Counted from the first letter of the stretch, positions 17,437-26,034 are shown. The stretch is 32,000 nt of DNA from Sinorhizobium meliloti (GCF_017876815.1 NZ_JAGIOS010000003.1:1110001-1142000); one strand, 5' to 3'. Translations and numbers: made by a program. The notes: generated from the letters alone by a model not told the origin.

Positions 17437-17471
17437 GCTTCATCAAATTCAACGTCAAGAGGATCGCATCG

Positions 17472-17615
17472 ATGGCTAAAGGACAAGTGAGAGGCAACCG
17501 CGAGGCGCGGAAGCCGAAAAAGGAAAAGGCGCCGGTGAAGGTAGAGACGAGCTTCACCAATCAGCTCAAGAATGCCGAGAAAAGCAGCCCACAGGGTGGC
17601 AAACACAAAGGCTGA
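17472..17615 (+). CDS. Small basic protein, 47 aa (MAKGQVRGNREARKPKKEKAPVK...)
   Basis: The internal ATG has an AAGAGGA SD about 9 nt upstream. The Lys/Arg-rich N-terminus resembles small conserved alphaproteobacterial proteins as I remember them. Confidence 0.5.
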   Translation: MAKGQVRGNREARKPKKEKAPVKVETSFTNQLKNAEKSSPQGGKHKG

Positions 17616-17666
17616 GCCCAAGGGAACGGCGGTGGCGCTGGAAGACTTCGGAGCCGAGTGCAACGG

Positions 17667-18194
17667 CTATTTTGGCGCTGCGGCCGCGGTTTCGCCCGGT
17701 GGCAAGATCCTGAACATAAAGGTTGATACCTTTTCCCCTGGCTTAAACGGGCCCGGCACCTGATGGCTTACCGGCTTCAGGCTTTGAAGGAATGCTGCAA
17801 TTGCGCCTGCGTCTTCTTTTGTGAGTTGCGCAAATGCGTGCCACGGCATGATCGGCGCCAGCATGCGGCCGTCGGGGCGCTGCCCGGTCTGAATGGCAGT
17901 CACAATCTGCTCCCTAGTCCAGCTGCCGATGCCGGTCTCCTTGTCGGGCGTGATGTTGCGACCGATGAAAACACCCTCCCCGGGAATTTCGAAGCCTACA
18001 TCCGACCCGCCGAGAAAGCGTGAGCTGTCCGGCTTTCCGAAAAAATATCCCGGTGTGTGGCAGTCGTTGCAGCCGCCCATTGTGACGAGATATTCCCCTC
18101 GCGCAATTGCGGGATCGTCGGCAGCGGCCCCGAGAGGCTGTAGCCCAAAAGCAGAGGTGGCGAAACATGCGAACCCAATGCCCAACCGAAACAT
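17667..18194 (-). CDS. Periplasmic mono-haem c-type cytochrome
   Basis: The signal peptide is MFRLGIGFACFATSAFG. There is a single CNDCH haem-binding motif and a distal PIMPW Met. Confidence 0.85.
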   Translation of the reverse strand: MFRLGIGFACFATSAFGLQPLGAAADDPAIARGEYLVTMGGCNDCHTPGYFFGKPDSSRFLGGSDVGFEIPGEGVFIGRNITPDKETGIGSWTREQIVTAIQTGQRPDGRMLAPIMPWHAFAQLTKEDAGAIAAFLQSLKPVSHQVPGPFKPGEKVSTFMFRILPPGETAAAAPK

Positions 18195-18419
18195 GCTTAC
18201 CTCCCTGAGGCTCGCTGCTGAAGCAAACTGAATATCATAACGGCGTTGCCCTATATATTAGTCATTTTGAATTATCGGGAAGTCGACGAATCTTCCCTTT
18301 GGCTCATACTGACGGAGGTCGCACCAATCGGCGACCACCTCCTCGGAAAGTGTGGCCAGTAGGGCGCTCCTGAGCCAGCGCCTGCAGCGCCTTTGCGATA
18401 ACAAATTACGATGTCGTAG

Positions 18420-18758
18420 CTAATGTTGCTGGCCAATAGGCGACAAGAGCGCCTGCTTCAATTGCTGGCGTACCTCATCAGGCTGCTCCAGCAGCGCAGT
18501 CGCGAGTGTTCTAAGCTCCCGCCTCAGCCCATAGAGCTGATCCAGCAGCGCAAGGATGATCGGCACAGCGTCATCGTTGACGTTCATGTCGCGCCGGAGT
18601 TCACAAACCAGGCGGATGCGAGCGACGTCGACGTCGTCAAATGAGGGCCCGCGCTCGCCTTGAGCCGGCACGATCCAGCCGCTGTGCACCCACTGGCGCA
18701 GCTGTTTGCGGGTTACAATGTCGAACTGTTCAAGGACTTGCCTCTCCGTCAATTTCAT
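18420..18758 (-). CDS. cbpM: Chaperone modulator CbpM (MerR-like HTH)
   Basis: An ATGA overlap couples it to the upstream DnaJ-like gene. The sequence pattern FDDVDVARIRLVCELRRDMNVNDDAVPIILALLDQLYGLRRELR is CbpM-like. Confidence 0.8.
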   Translation of the reverse strand: MKLTERQVLEQFDIVTRKQLRQWVHSGWIVPAQGERGPSFDDVDVARIRLVCELRRDMNVNDDAVPIILALLDQLYGLRRELRTLATALLEQPDEVRQQLKQALLSPIGQQH

Positions 18759-19672
18759 GTGGTCCTCCCTAGAGCCTCGCGCGGGTCATAAGCGTGGCTC
18801 CGCCGCCACGTTTCCATGAATCGCTCGAGATCGGGATCGGTCGCCGTCGGCAGAACGACCTTCAGCGTAACACGCTGATCCCCGGCGGGGCCGTGTTGCG
18901 ACTTCACCCCTTTGCCCCTCAGACGCAGGATGTCGCCCGTATTTGAACCCTTAGGGATGGTCATCGATACGCGGCCGGAGATCGTCGGCACTTCGATCTT
19001 TGCACCAAGCACAGCTTCATAAAGCGTAATTGGCAGATCTATTTCGATGTCGTTGCCTTCACGGCGGAAGACCGAGTGAGAACGGACACTAATTTCGATT
19101 AAGGCATCTCCGGGTTCCCCGCCAGCAATCCCCGGCGTCCCCTTGCCCCTCAGCCGCAGCGTGCTGCCATCACGTGTCCCAGCAGGAATGGCTAAGTCGA
19201 GCGTGTTACCGTCGGGAAAGGTGATGCGGCGTCGGGCGCCGTTTACCGCGTCCAGGAACTCGAGTTCGAGGTGATAATGACGGTCCTGCCCACGCGCCTT
19301 GAAACGGCCCCCTGCCCCGCCCTGCCCGAAAAGATCCGCGAAGATGTCCGACACATCTTCGAATTCACCAGTTCCGCCCGCTGATCCATACCGCCGTGCG
19401 TGGTCTGCATCGGCGTAGTGCCTGTAAAAGTGCTGCTGCGGCCGTTCAGCCCCCGATGCATCGATCTCGCCCCGGTCGAACCGGGCCCGCTGCTCGGGAT
19501 CGCTCAGCAAATGGTAGGCTGCGGAAAGCGCCTTGAATTTGGTTTCCACCTCCTTGTCGCCTGGATGGAGATCTGGGTGCAGCTCCTTTGCGCGCTTGCG
19601 GTAGGCTTTGCGGATCTCATCCGGTTTGCCGGTACGCGGAACGCCGAGTATCTGATAGGGATCATCAGTCAC
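18755..19672 (-). CDS. cbpA: Curved-DNA-binding DnaJ-family co-chaperone CbpA (J domain plus two C-terminal domains, no zinc finger)
   Basis: The J domain DPYQILGVPRTGKPDEIRKAYRKRAKELHPDLHPGD carries the HPD motif. The start was set at the GTG at 19672, which has a GGAGG 7 nt upstream. Confidence 0.85.
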   Translation of the reverse strand: MTDDPYQILGVPRTGKPDEIRKAYRKRAKELHPDLHPGDKEVETKFKALSAAYHLLSDPEQRARFDRGEIDASGAERPQQHFYRHYADADHARRYGSAGGTGEFEDVSDIFADLFGQGGAGGRFKARGQDRHYHLELEFLDAVNGARRRITFPDGNTLDLAIPAGTRDGSTLRLRGKGTPGIAGGEPGDALIEISVRSHSVFRREGNDIEIDLPITLYEAVLGAKIEVPTISGRVSMTIPKGSNTGDILRLRGKGVKSQHGPAGDQRVTLKVVLPTATDPDLERFMETWRRSHAYDPREALGRTT

Positions 19673-19865
19673 CGAACACCTCCACCAATTTAACGGGCAC
19701 GTCGAATGCACGGCCGCGGCAAACTGCGCGTCAACATTTCTGTTTAATTTAGCCCGCAGGAAAAGGTGCGCAAGATTGAGACGACGGCAGCGTAGCGGGT
19801 CAAAGGGTTTGGCGGCCTGAGGAGTACGCCAGGCCCGAGAGCTCGCTGGTCTACTCTCCACTAAG

Positions 19866-20110
19866 GAGTTCGCTATACGGCCGAGCTGGTCGGCAACGAC
19901 GAGCCAACCGACATCGCCGGGGATCCACTCGGCCGCGGCCCGTGACCTCGGGCATTGTCAGTGCGCTTGACCGCAGCGGCATCAACGTCGAGGGCTACGA
20001 CATAGTTTATCCAAACCGACGCCTCGATCACCACGGCAATTCCGGCCGTGCACTCGTGGCGACGGATGTCCGTCTGGTGGGTAGATGCGGGATTGGTTCC
20101 CGCGGTCGAC
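19866..20110 (+). pseudogene. Remnant of a DegP/HtrA-family serine protease (frameshifted and internally deleted)
   Basis: Fragments in different frames match the HtrA protease core: AELVGNDEPTDIA, TSGIVSALDRSGINVEGYD and HHGNSGRALVATDVRLVG (the GNSGG-type catalytic Ser region). A stop codon falls after ...GRGP, and no PDZ region is present. Confidence 0.55.
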
Positions 20111-20217
20111 CGATACTTGCTCCCACGCTCAGGCTGCAGCGCGAGGTCTCGACGCCAAGACGCTGTGGCCGAGCCGACATGGGCGAAATCCGGCTGTGCC
20201 TGAGGAAGATCCGTTCG

Positions 20218-20580
20218 CTAAACTTCCTTTGAGATCTGCACGAGTACGGCTTCCAGTTCGCTGTCCAAAAACGGCTTCGTCAGCAAGGGGATGTTCGAAT
20301 ACCTTGTATCCAGGCCTTTGCTGCCATAGCCCGTGGCAAAAATGAAGGGCACGTTGCGCTCCGCCAAAATGTCCGCGACGGGATAACTGGGCTCCCCGTC
20401 CAGGTTGACGTCGATGATGGCGATGTCAAACTGCCCTTTCCGCGCGATATCGAGCGCCTCCTGCATCCGAGAGGCTGTAGCGGCGACCTCATGCCCGAGT
20501 TCGCATAGTGTATCTTCAATCAGCATGGCGATCATGGATTCGTCTTCGACCACGAGAACCCGAAGTCTGCGCTCTGTCAT
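20218..20580 (-). CDS. Single-domain response regulator (CheY-like receiver)
   Basis: RVLVVEDESMIAMLIED ... FDIAIIDVNLDG ... FIFATGYG ... LTKPF are canonical receiver motifs, and there is no output domain. Confidence 0.9.
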   Translation of the reverse strand: MTERRLRVLVVEDESMIAMLIEDTLCELGHEVAATASRMQEALDIARKGQFDIAIIDVNLDGEPSYPVADILAERNVPFIFATGYGSKGLDTRYSNIPLLTKPFLDSELEAVLVQISKEV

Positions 20581-20607
20581 GCGTCAAGCCCGTAAAAGCA
20601 TTGGACG

Positions 20608-23142
20608 TCATGTGAGTGGCGCTTCGATGTGAAAGCGCACGCCACTCGGTGCAAACACAAGGTCAACTTTGCCGCCCAGTTCGCGGGCCAAAGCACGTTC
20701 CAGCAGACGAGTGCCAAAACCGGTCCGCGCTGGGACCATGACAGATGGACCACCAATCTCCTCCCATTGTAAATGCAGGTGAGATACGCTCTCAAGATCG
20801 CTGACATGCCAGTTGACCTTGATCAGACCACCGTCGTTCGTGAGCGCCCCGTATTTTGCAGCGTTTGTGCAAAGCTCATGAAAAGCCATCGATAATGCCA
20901 ACGCCATTTTCGGCCGCAACCGGAGCGGCGGACCAGAGGCCTGAACGCGCTGCTGGGGTTCCACGCAAATCGGATTGATCGTCGCGTGAAGAACCTCTCC
21001 AAGATCCGCACCCTGCCAGCTCTCCCGAGTAAGCACGTCGTGCGCCCTCGCCAATGCTACGAGCCGGCTTTGGAACCGGCCAAAATCTTCGCTTGCATTT
21101 ACACCACGGAAGGTTTGCGCAGCCAGCGATTGAACCGTGGCGAGCGTGTTCTTCACGCGGTGGTTCAGTTCGTTGACCAGGAGCTTGCGGTGTTCTTCGC
21201 TGCGTCGCCTTTCAGTAATATCGCGCGCGATCTTCGACGCGCCGACGACGCGACCGAGGGCGTCTTTCAAAGGGGAAACCGTTAAGGAGACATCGATCAG
21301 GCTTCCGTCCTTTCGAATACGTACCGTCTCATAATGGTCGATGTGCTCGTCTCGCCGAATCCTTTCAAGGATGCCGGGTTCCTCGCCCTGGCGGTCGGGC
21401 GGAATGAGGATGTTTATAGGTTTTCCGATCACTTCCTCGGCGCTATAGCCGAACAGGCGTTCGGCACCTTTATTCCAAGTCTGGATAATGCCTTGCGTGT
21501 CCTTGCTTACGATCGCATCATCCGAGAATCTGACAATTGACGCGAGCCGTTCTGCATATTCCGCAGCTTTCTCGCGATCGGAGATGTCCACCAGCATATT
21601 GACCGCCCCAACAAGCTTGCCGGCGACATCGTGCAGCGGAGTGGGATAAGGTATGAACGGCACACGGGTACCATCCGGTCTTTCGGCCACGGCTTGTTCG
21701 CCACGGACCGGTCGATCTTCTTTGAGCGCCACGGCCATTGGACATTGGTCGTGCGGCAGGTAGGTGCCGTCCGGCCTATAGAGACGCCAGGTGACACACC
21801 ATTTATCTCCGATCTGTGGGGTGCGGCCGGCCATTTCGACAGCCGCCTTATTGAAGAAGGTGATGCGACCTTCGGCATCTGTGGTGTAGACGGCGGCGGG
21901 CAGCGCCTCGAGCAAATCACGCATATGCTGTTCGCTTTCGCGGCGGCGGTCGTCCATGCGTTTGGCTTCGGTGACATCAAGCAGAACCCGCACGCCATAA
22001 CGGAATCGACCGGTGCGATCGCGCACCGTCGAGCTGTAAACGTCGAGATAGATCACCGTACCGTCCGCCTTCACGGCGCGCTTGCGGATAGCATAGGTAT
22101 CAGTCTCTCCGCTGACCTGCCGCGCGTAGCAACGGGCCTCCTCGTCGCGGTCATCCTCGTGCGTGTAGTCGAGGAACGTCATGTTCAGGAGTTGTTCGCG
22201 CGAGCGGCCCAGCATGGTGCAAAATGCATCATTCACCCGCAATAGGCGCCCATCCGCATCGGACTCGGCGATCCCGATCGTGGCCGCCTGATACGTGGCC
22301 GCCAAGCGTTCCTCAGTCTCGCGCCACGCGTTTTCGGTTTCGTGCAGGCTCGTTATATCGGTCGTGAAGCACCGCGTATTGACGAATTTCCCATCCTCGA
22401 AGCGACTGTTGGAGGTGATCAGCACATGCTTGATCGAGCCATCCCGTGCGCGCAAGCGGGCGGGATAGCGATCAAGCTTTTCGCCGCAGGAAAGACGGTC
22501 AAGAATATCGCCGATAACCGGTGCATCTGCGTGGAATTCAGCAATGTGCCGGCCTACATACTCGTCCGCCGGATACCCCAGGAGCTCCAGCTCTGCCTTA
22601 TTTGCCCGCAGGATGATCCCCGCGGCGCTGACGATGTGCAGCCCGATGGCGCTGTTCTCGAAGAAGTCCTCCAGGTCCTTGCTCTTGCAGTTAACCTCCG
22701 CCTCGATCCGCTTTTGTTGCGAAATATCCTGAAAGCAATTGATCGCCCCTTGAATTACTCCCCGATGGTCTCTGAGCGGGCGAATGTTCACGAGCGCAAA
22801 AATGCGGGATCCGTCGGGTCTTTCGATGATCACTTCGGCGTTGCGCGTCGAGACACCGGTCTTGATCGCCTCAGCCATGGGGCATTCCTGGTGGTCCATG
22901 GGCGAGCCGTCCGAGAGGAAAAGACGCTGGGAACCACAAAATCGCTCTCGCGGTGCGCTAAGCGACGGCTGTCTACCCCAAAGTTCGGCAGCCTCCGCGT
23001 TGTAGCCCACGAGCCACCCCTCGTGATCACAGACATAAACGGCTCCCGGTATAGCATCAAGCGCAGTTGGAGCTGACGTAATCAGCGCTTCGTATTCGGT
23101 CAGTACGCGACCGGTGAGTGGAAATTCCTCGACATTCGACAT
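20608..23142 (-). CDS. Cytoplasmic multi-PAS sensor histidine kinase of the HWE/HisKA_2 type (start uncertain: ATG 23142 or TTG 23169)
   Basis: The H-box is LLVNELNHRVKNTLATVQSLAAQT, and a W-x-E box (LHLQWEEIGGP) is present. About 4-5 PAS/PAC repeats occupy the first 640 aa or so. No TM segment is visible. Confidence 0.9.
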   Translation of the reverse strand: MSNVEEFPLTGRVLTEYEALITSAPTALDAIPGAVYVCDHEGWLVGYNAEAAELWGRQPSLSAPRERFCGSQRLFLSDGSPMDHQECPMAEAIKTGVSTRNAEVIIERPDGSRIFALVNIRPLRDHRGVIQGAINCFQDISQQKRIEAEVNCKSKDLEDFFENSAIGLHIVSAAGIILRANKAELELLGYPADEYVGRHIAEFHADAPVIGDILDRLSCGEKLDRYPARLRARDGSIKHVLITSNSRFEDGKFVNTRCFTTDITSLHETENAWRETEERLAATYQAATIGIAESDADGRLLRVNDAFCTMLGRSREQLLNMTFLDYTHEDDRDEEARCYARQVSGETDTYAIRKRAVKADGTVIYLDVYSSTVRDRTGRFRYGVRVLLDVTEAKRMDDRRRESEQHMRDLLEALPAAVYTTDAEGRITFFNKAAVEMAGRTPQIGDKWCVTWRLYRPDGTYLPHDQCPMAVALKEDRPVRGEQAVAERPDGTRVPFIPYPTPLHDVAGKLVGAVNMLVDISDREKAAEYAERLASIVRFSDDAIVSKDTQGIIQTWNKGAERLFGYSAEEVIGKPINILIPPDRQGEEPGILERIRRDEHIDHYETVRIRKDGSLIDVSLTVSPLKDALGRVVGASKIARDITERRRSEEHRKLLVNELNHRVKNTLATVQSLAAQTFRGVNASEDFGRFQSRLVALARAHDVLTRESWQGADLGEVLHATINPICVEPQQRVQASGPPLRLRPKMALALSMAFHELCTNAAKYGALTNDGGLIKVNWHVSDLESVSHLHLQWEEIGGPSVMVPARTGFGTRLLERALARELGGKVDLVFAPSGVRFHIEAPLT

Positions 23143-23449
23143 GTAAACAGGGCTCTCGCGGCTCTTCAAGGGATCGATTGAATCTCAGCCGGAGTCATGG
23201 AGGGACAACTCTGCTCGACGCGCGACCCCCGGGTGCGCAATCTCGGTTAACGTGCATGAACGTACCAGACGCGGTTTTGTTCCCGCCATTTTTTGACTCG
23301 CGCATTTTCGGACCGGCAGCGTCATCCAAGGAGTACCGTTGATCGCACGCGCGCCGCAGGTTGGTCACGGCGTCCTTCTTGAAGGATATGGCGAGAAGCT
23401 GCCCAGCTCCTTCGCCGTTCGCTAATGAGGACGCGACCTAGAATCGTGA

Positions 23450-23520
23450 GACGCGGGATGCGGGAGGAAAATCGCACGCACTTCTCCTCATCCCGCTCTA
23501 GACCCCGGCGCTTTAGAGAT
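23450..23520 (-). repeat. Dispersed intergenic repeat, copy D (variant stem)
   Basis: The forward strand reads GCGGGATGCGGGAGGAAAATCGCACGCACTTCTCCTCATCCCGCTCTAG. The loop and the CTAG end match copy C. The stem arms (23452-23465 and 23483-23495) differ in sequence but still pair. Confidence 0.5.
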
Positions 23521-23658
23521 CTACACTCAAGCTTCTGTGAACCTGAAATTGCATCGGGTCCAGCCCCCTCGCATCGCCCACCGCAATGAATTGCGGTTCG
23601 GGCCCGCGCTTCAGCCCTCAATATACGCAATCTCACCGTGCAAGCGGGAGGAGTATCC

Positions 23659-24069
23659 ATGACCAATGCCCAATGCGCCTGCGGCGCTTTAAGACTGATG
23701 CTTAATGAACCGCCACAATTGACCGCGCTGTGTCACTGTTTGGCTTGCCAGCGAAGAACTGGTGCACCGTTCAGCGCTAATGCGTTCTACTCGATTGACT
23801 GTGTCGAAATATCTGGAGTGTCTACAGAATACATTCGTACGGCCGAGAGCGGTCGCAAGGTCCGAATGCATTTTTGCCCAACCTGCGGCTCGACCCTCTT
23901 TTGGAAAGCCGACGCTTCGCCGTCCTGGATCGGGGTAGCGGTAGGTTCATTTGCCGATCCGGCCTTCGCGCCACCTGCCATGTCAGTATTCGAACGGTCG
24001 AAACATAAGTGGGTGCAGCTTGAGGGAACGGTAGAGCATTTCCAAGACCTTCCAATCGGGCAATATTAG
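23659..24069 (+). CDS. GFA-family (CENP-V/glutathione-dependent formaldehyde-activating-like) zinc protein
   Basis: GGAGGAG SD. The Cys pattern is CACG ... CHCLACQRRTG ... CPTCGSTLFW. Confidence 0.85.
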   Translation: MTNAQCACGALRLMLNEPPQLTALCHCLACQRRTGAPFSANAFYSIDCVEISGVSTEYIRTAESGRKVRMHFCPTCGSTLFWKADASPSWIGVAVGSFADPAFAPPAMSVFERSKHKWVQLEGTVEHFQDLPIGQY

Positions 24070-24190
24070 CAGCAATAGACGCGGTGAGGCAGCAGCCGGT
24101 GGGCGCGCACCGAACCTCGGCTTTTCACGCGTTGCAGACGCTGGGTGACTGCTGAATGCAGACGGCCCGCGCCGCTCGACCTGCTGCTCT

Positions 24191-24545
24191 CTACCCGCCG
24201 CCCGAAACGATCTGAAGACCAGCGGATGAGGTTTCTGATTCATCGGTAGTGCCAAGGTTTACGACGGTAAGCTCTGCCGAGCCGGTATCGCCTGTCGCGA
24301 CGATAAATCCCCTGGAGGCGGCAATGGCGGCAATATATCCGTTGGGCGCGTCGGAAATTCTTTGCCGGCCGCTCGAGCGGTCACCGCAAGCTTGGCATAG
24401 CAGCGCGCAGCTCCAATGTCGAACGGCAATACGCGATCGCCAAACAGTTCGAGCACGCCGTCAAGCATTTCGGTCAGAGCCTTCTTGCGCCGACCGTCCG
24501 GCAGCGCACCGATGCCGAACAGCAGTTCGCTTTCTCCGAATCGCG
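24191..24545 (-). pseudogene. VapC/PIN-domain toxin remnant (N-terminally truncated, one frameshift)
   Basis: One frame gives ELLFGIGALPDGRRKKALTEMLDGVLELFGDRVLPFDIGAARCYAKLAVTARAAGKEF. The C-terminal part, DAPNGYIAAIAASRGFIVATGDTGS, continues in another frame. About 45 N-terminal residues and any vapB partner are missing. Confidence 0.6.
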
Positions 24546-24549
24546 GAAA

Positions 24550-24617
24550 CTCTCTAACCCTTTGTTTCCGCAATCCCGGACGGAAACCCACTCCGCACTT
24601 CTCCTGGAATTGCTCTA
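24550..24617 (-). repeat. Dispersed intergenic repeat, copy C, whose terminal CTAG was the IS630 target
   Basis: The forward strand reads CTCTAACCCTTTGTTTCCGCAATCCCGGACGGAAACCCACTCCGCACTTCTCCTGGAATTGCTCTA. The hairpin arms are 24570-24579 and 24603-24613. Confidence 0.55.
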
Positions 24618-24710
24618 GAGCGGGATGCATTTAGGCGGAATCGGAAAGGGGATTCCTTTTTCTGCGCAAATCAGATTCACCATTCAGGCCGGTGAAGGAG
24701 GCCGGCCTTT

Positions 24711-25657
24711 ATGGCGAGACCTTTTTCGAATGATCTTCGGGAACGCGTTGTCGATGCGGTGACGGGCGAGGGCCTATCGTGCCGGGCAGCGGCCAAGCGC
24801 TTCGGCATCGGCATCAGCACCGCGATCGATTGGGTGCGGCGGTTTCGCGAGACGGGCAGCGCCGCACCCGGCCAGATGGGTGGGCACAAGCCCCGCAAGC
24901 TTTCCGGTCCGCACCGGGCTTGGCTGCTTTGCCGCTGCCGCGAGCGCGACTTCACGCTGCACGGACTTGTCGCCGAGTTGAGCGAGCGCGGCCTGAAGGT
25001 GGATTATCGCGCCGTCTGGACCTTCGTGCACGAAGAGGGGTTGAGTTATAAAAAAAGACGCTGGTCGCCAGCGAACGGGAGCGGCCCGACGTCGCCCGCC
25101 ACCGGGCACGATGGCTGAAGCACTGCCCCGGAATTGATCCCGCCCGCCTCGTTTTCATCGATGAGACCTGGACGAAGACGAACATGGCGCCGCTGCGGGG
25201 CTGGGCGCCTCGCGGCGAACGACTGGTGGGCTACGCCCCCTTCGGCCATTGGAACACCATGACCTTTGTCGCCGCACTCAGGGCCGACCGCGTCAGCGCT
25301 CCCTTTATCCTCGATGGCCCGATCAATGGCGAACGCTTCCGCATCTATGTCCAGCAAGTTCTGGTGCCGGAACTCAAAGCCGGCGACATCGTCATCCTGG
25401 ACAATCTCGGCTCCCATAAGGGTCAGGAGATCCGCGCCGCCATCCGTAAGGCCGGCGCCCGCCTGTTCTTTCTGCCGAAATATTCCCCCGATCTCAATCC
25501 GATCGAAAAGCTCTTCGCCAAAATCAAGCACTGGTTGCGTGAGGCACAGGCCAGATCACGCGATGCAATCCATGACGAACTGCGCCACATTCTCCAAGCC
25601 GTCACCCCACAGGAATGCGCAGTCTACTTCAAAGAGGCGGGATATGAACGGGCTTAA
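24711..25657 (+). CDS. IS630-family DDE transposase, in two frames joined by a -1 shift at an A7G run
   Basis: The first frame has an HTH N-terminus ([24 protein letters not shown]). The -1 frame continues [21 protein letters not shown]...[26 protein letters not shown]...ILDNLGSHK...[13 protein letters not shown]. Confidence 0.85.
25050..25057 (+). other. A-AAA-AAG-type slippery run (AAAAAAAG) at the transposase frame junction
   Basis: A run of seven A followed by G lies exactly where the reading frame changes from frame 0 to frame -1. Confidence 0.5.
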
Positions 25658-25689
25658 ATACATACCGCTCTAGCAGGCTGTTGAAGAAG

Positions 25690-26034
25690 TCAGTCGCGTT
25701 CGCACACGAAACCGGAATCGTCTCCGTTATGGACGTAGATGTGTCCGACAAGGCGTCCAGCGGAGCCGAGAGCTGCCCATCCACGACCACAGACCGGGTC
25801 GCTCTCGTCTTGTCCTTCCCATGAGAACTCTGCACAGGCGGATCCATCGCGTGCGCCATAGCGAACATCGAGAAAGCCCTTGAGCGCGACAAATGCGATT
25901 TCGCCGTCCGCTGTGCCCTGGAATGTCAGATGCGCCTCTTCGACGAGATCGAGGACGTCGTTGTCCCAGTTGTCCATCTCGACGATGCGCCAACGACCGG
26001 CGAAGGCCTTGGCGAAGGGAGAAACTCTCGCCAT
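25690..26034 (-). CDS. Conserved hypothetical 114-aa protein (passenger ORF inside the IS5-family element)
   Basis: Codon usage is coding-like. Its ATG overlaps the transposase stop (TGATG). Its own stop codon abuts the terminal inverted repeat. The motifs are GRWRIVEMDNWDNDVLDLV ... FSWEGQDESDPVCGRGWA. Confidence 0.6.
   Translation of the reverse strand: MARVSPFAKAFAGRWRIVEMDNWDNDVLDLVEEAHLTFQGTADGEIAFVALKGFLDVRYGARDGSACAEFSWEGQDESDPVCGRGWAALGSAGRLVGHIYVHNGDDSGFVCERD

Larger units (their letters stand above)
24618..25670 (+). mobile_element. IS630-family insertion sequence (1053 bp) with a TA target-site duplication in a CTAG target
   Basis: The terminal inverted repeats are GAGCGGGATGCATTTAGGC (left) and GAGCGGTATGTATTTAAGC (right, reverse complement), matching at 16 of 19 positions. 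They are flanked by cTA (24616-24617) and TAg (25671-25672). Confidence 0.85.

Noticed and set aside
23318-23424. 27-aa ORF (TTG start after AAGGAG; MIARAPQVGHGVLLEGYGEKLPSSFAVR).
   Set aside because: It is too short and has no recognisable motif. It may be a gene fragment, and there is no independent support.
23322-23666. 114-aa minus-strand ORF in the kinase/GFA intergenic region.
   Set aside because: It reads through repeat copy D (EEKCVRFSSRIPRL is repeat-derived) and overlaps the GFA gene start. It has no SD and a poor composition.
24259-24630. 123-aa ORF that looks like an intact gene.
   Set aside because: It is a chimera. Its first 30 codons or so read through the dispersed repeat and the IS630 end, its middle is the vapC fragment, and its tail is the out-of-frame vapC C-terminus.
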